Shown here piece after piece: positions 60,663 through 64,000 of a DNA stretch of 64,000 nt. A model generated the notes under the pieces. The model saw nothing but the letters and a program-made list of their open reading frames with translations, searched no databases and was not told the origin of the DNA. Origin of the DNA: Salpingoeca rosetta (lineage: Eukaryota; Protista; Choanoflagellata); the NCBI GenBank assembly GCA_033442325.1, contig JAWQFM010000027.1:478271-542270 (forward strand), read 5' to 3'. The position numbers and the translations under genes are program-made. Position 1 is the stretch's first letter, and every line of letters starts with the position of its first letter.

Positions 60663-61165
60663 GTTGAACTTACAGCAGCGTGAACATCATCGGGGTGTGG
60701 CTCTGCCTGCCGCTGGTGCTGGTGTTGGTGTTGGTGGGGATCACCTTCGAGCAGCCAGGCAATGCGCCGGCCCAGCCGGTGCTCCAGTTTTGCCAGTGCC
60801 GCCTTGCCGCGTGCCACGCGCTGCACGCTCTCGCTGTCGTGTGCCGCAAGCTCCTGCACCAGCCACGGTTGGTGGTGATGAGAGGATGCGAATGTGAGTG
60901 CATGCCTGCACATGGCAGCGTGTGGTATGTTGTAGATGCGGAGAAGCAAGATGACAGGGAAACGGGGGGGGGGGCATGTGTGTCACGGTCAGGCTCATGC
61001 CAAGGACAATCGAAGCCATGCTATGACATGACATGACTGCTCACCTCCAGGTATGCGTCGTGGATATCTGCGTGCACTTGGAGTCGTTGGCCAGCACCCT
61101 GCAGTTGTGTCAGGTGCTTCTCAAGGTCGCGGAGCGTAGTCGTTGCGGCAGAACTGTCAAGGATC
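58115..61165 (-). CDS. Hypothetical protein, coiled-coil then long low-complexity C-terminus (3' part of gene)
   Basis: Exons ~61044-61165 (ILDSSAATTTLRDLEKHLTQLQ), 60672-60853, 60059-60165 and a 1.6-kb last exon 58115-59740 with acidic tail. No start codon found. Confidence 0.6.
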
Positions 61166-61375
61166 TGTGCAAAAAGTAGAGCAGGAGACGTGGTGGGGTG
61201 GAGAGTTGGAGCAGCGGCAAAGAAGCAGCCAGATGAGTGGGGGGGGGGGCAATGATGCAGAGCGGTCACGTCCACACTTCCCTGTCACTGTGTGTCCGTG
61301 TTTGTGTGTCTGTGTGTCTGTGTGTCTGTGTTTGTGTGTCTGTGTTTGTGTGTCTGTGTCTTTCCCTTGTTCCCT

Positions 61376-61500
<125 letters not shown>

Positions 61501-61526
61501 ACTCACACGCCTACTGCCCATGCCAG

Positions 61527-63455
<1,929 letters not shown>

Positions 63456-63583
63456 GTGTGTACGTGTGTGTGTGAGTGAGTGAGTGAGCGTGTGCTTACA
63501 TGTTTCACTCACTTGCTTGTATGTCATGTATGTCCAGTGTGTTCTCTGATCTCTTCCTCACTCCAACACCCACCACCACCACC

Positions 63584-63625
<42 letters not shown>

Positions 63626-63709
63626 CCACCACCACCACCACCACCACCACCACCACCACCACCGCTCGCCCCGGATTGCCCCCACTTTGCACGTCCCTCC
63701 CCACCCAAC

Positions 63710-63808
63710 CAGGACTTCTCGCGTGCGTGTGCTGCTCTGGATCAGCTTGCGCGCTTCCACGCGTTCTTTCTCCAGCGAGACGATGCACGACTTACGGCGC
63801 AGCGGCAC
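63710..63808 (-). CDS. Isolated exon (VPLRRKSCIVSLEKERVEARKLIQSSTRTREVL), possibly upstream part of the 58115-61165 gene
   Basis: cag| acceptor and |gt donor on the minus strand; open frame with coding-like composition. Confidence 0.45.
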
Positions 63809-63889
63809 CTGTGGCAGCACGGCGGACACTGGGACACAGACAAGATCCCGCACGGCTCGGCCGAAATTGCAAAGACAGACGAGGTGGCA

Positions 63890-63982
<93 letters not shown>

Positions 63983-64000
63983 GTGTGTGTGCGTGTGTGT

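Overview
Eukaryotic, GC-rich, very intron-dense genomic DNA. Nearly every intron carries (CA)n/(GT)n or other microsatellites. Gene content and style suggest a choanoflagellate such as Salpingoeca rosetta (inference, not verified). Most entries in the ORF track are microsatellite artefacts, so I rebuilt genes by hand from GT-AG exons; exon edges are approximate. About 16 genes in order: 3' part of an extracellular coiled-coil/Sushi/cbEGF protein ending in three copies of an unrecognised domain (+); USP deubiquitinase (+); Ser/Thr kinase (+); CCT5 (-); intronless 4-finger C2H2 protein (-); RPN6/PSMD11 (-) head-to-head with eIF3L (+); AP-3 sigma (-); short Eps15-like EH protein (+); CHP/calcineurin-B-like (+); MORN protein (+); RFX1/2/3-type transcription factor (-) divergent from a type-I PKA regulatory subunit (+); LRR receptor TKL kinase (+); a low-complexity protein (-); and an internal fragment of a BPNT1/IMPase-family phosphatase fused to an APH/EcKinase-like domain (+). 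The best hidden signal is a set of intronic snoRNAs in eIF3L whose guides match conserved rRNA sequence recalled from yeast/human: a two-pocket H/ACA RNA, snR68-like and snR41/SNORD62-like C/D RNAs, plus one orphan structured RNA candidate.
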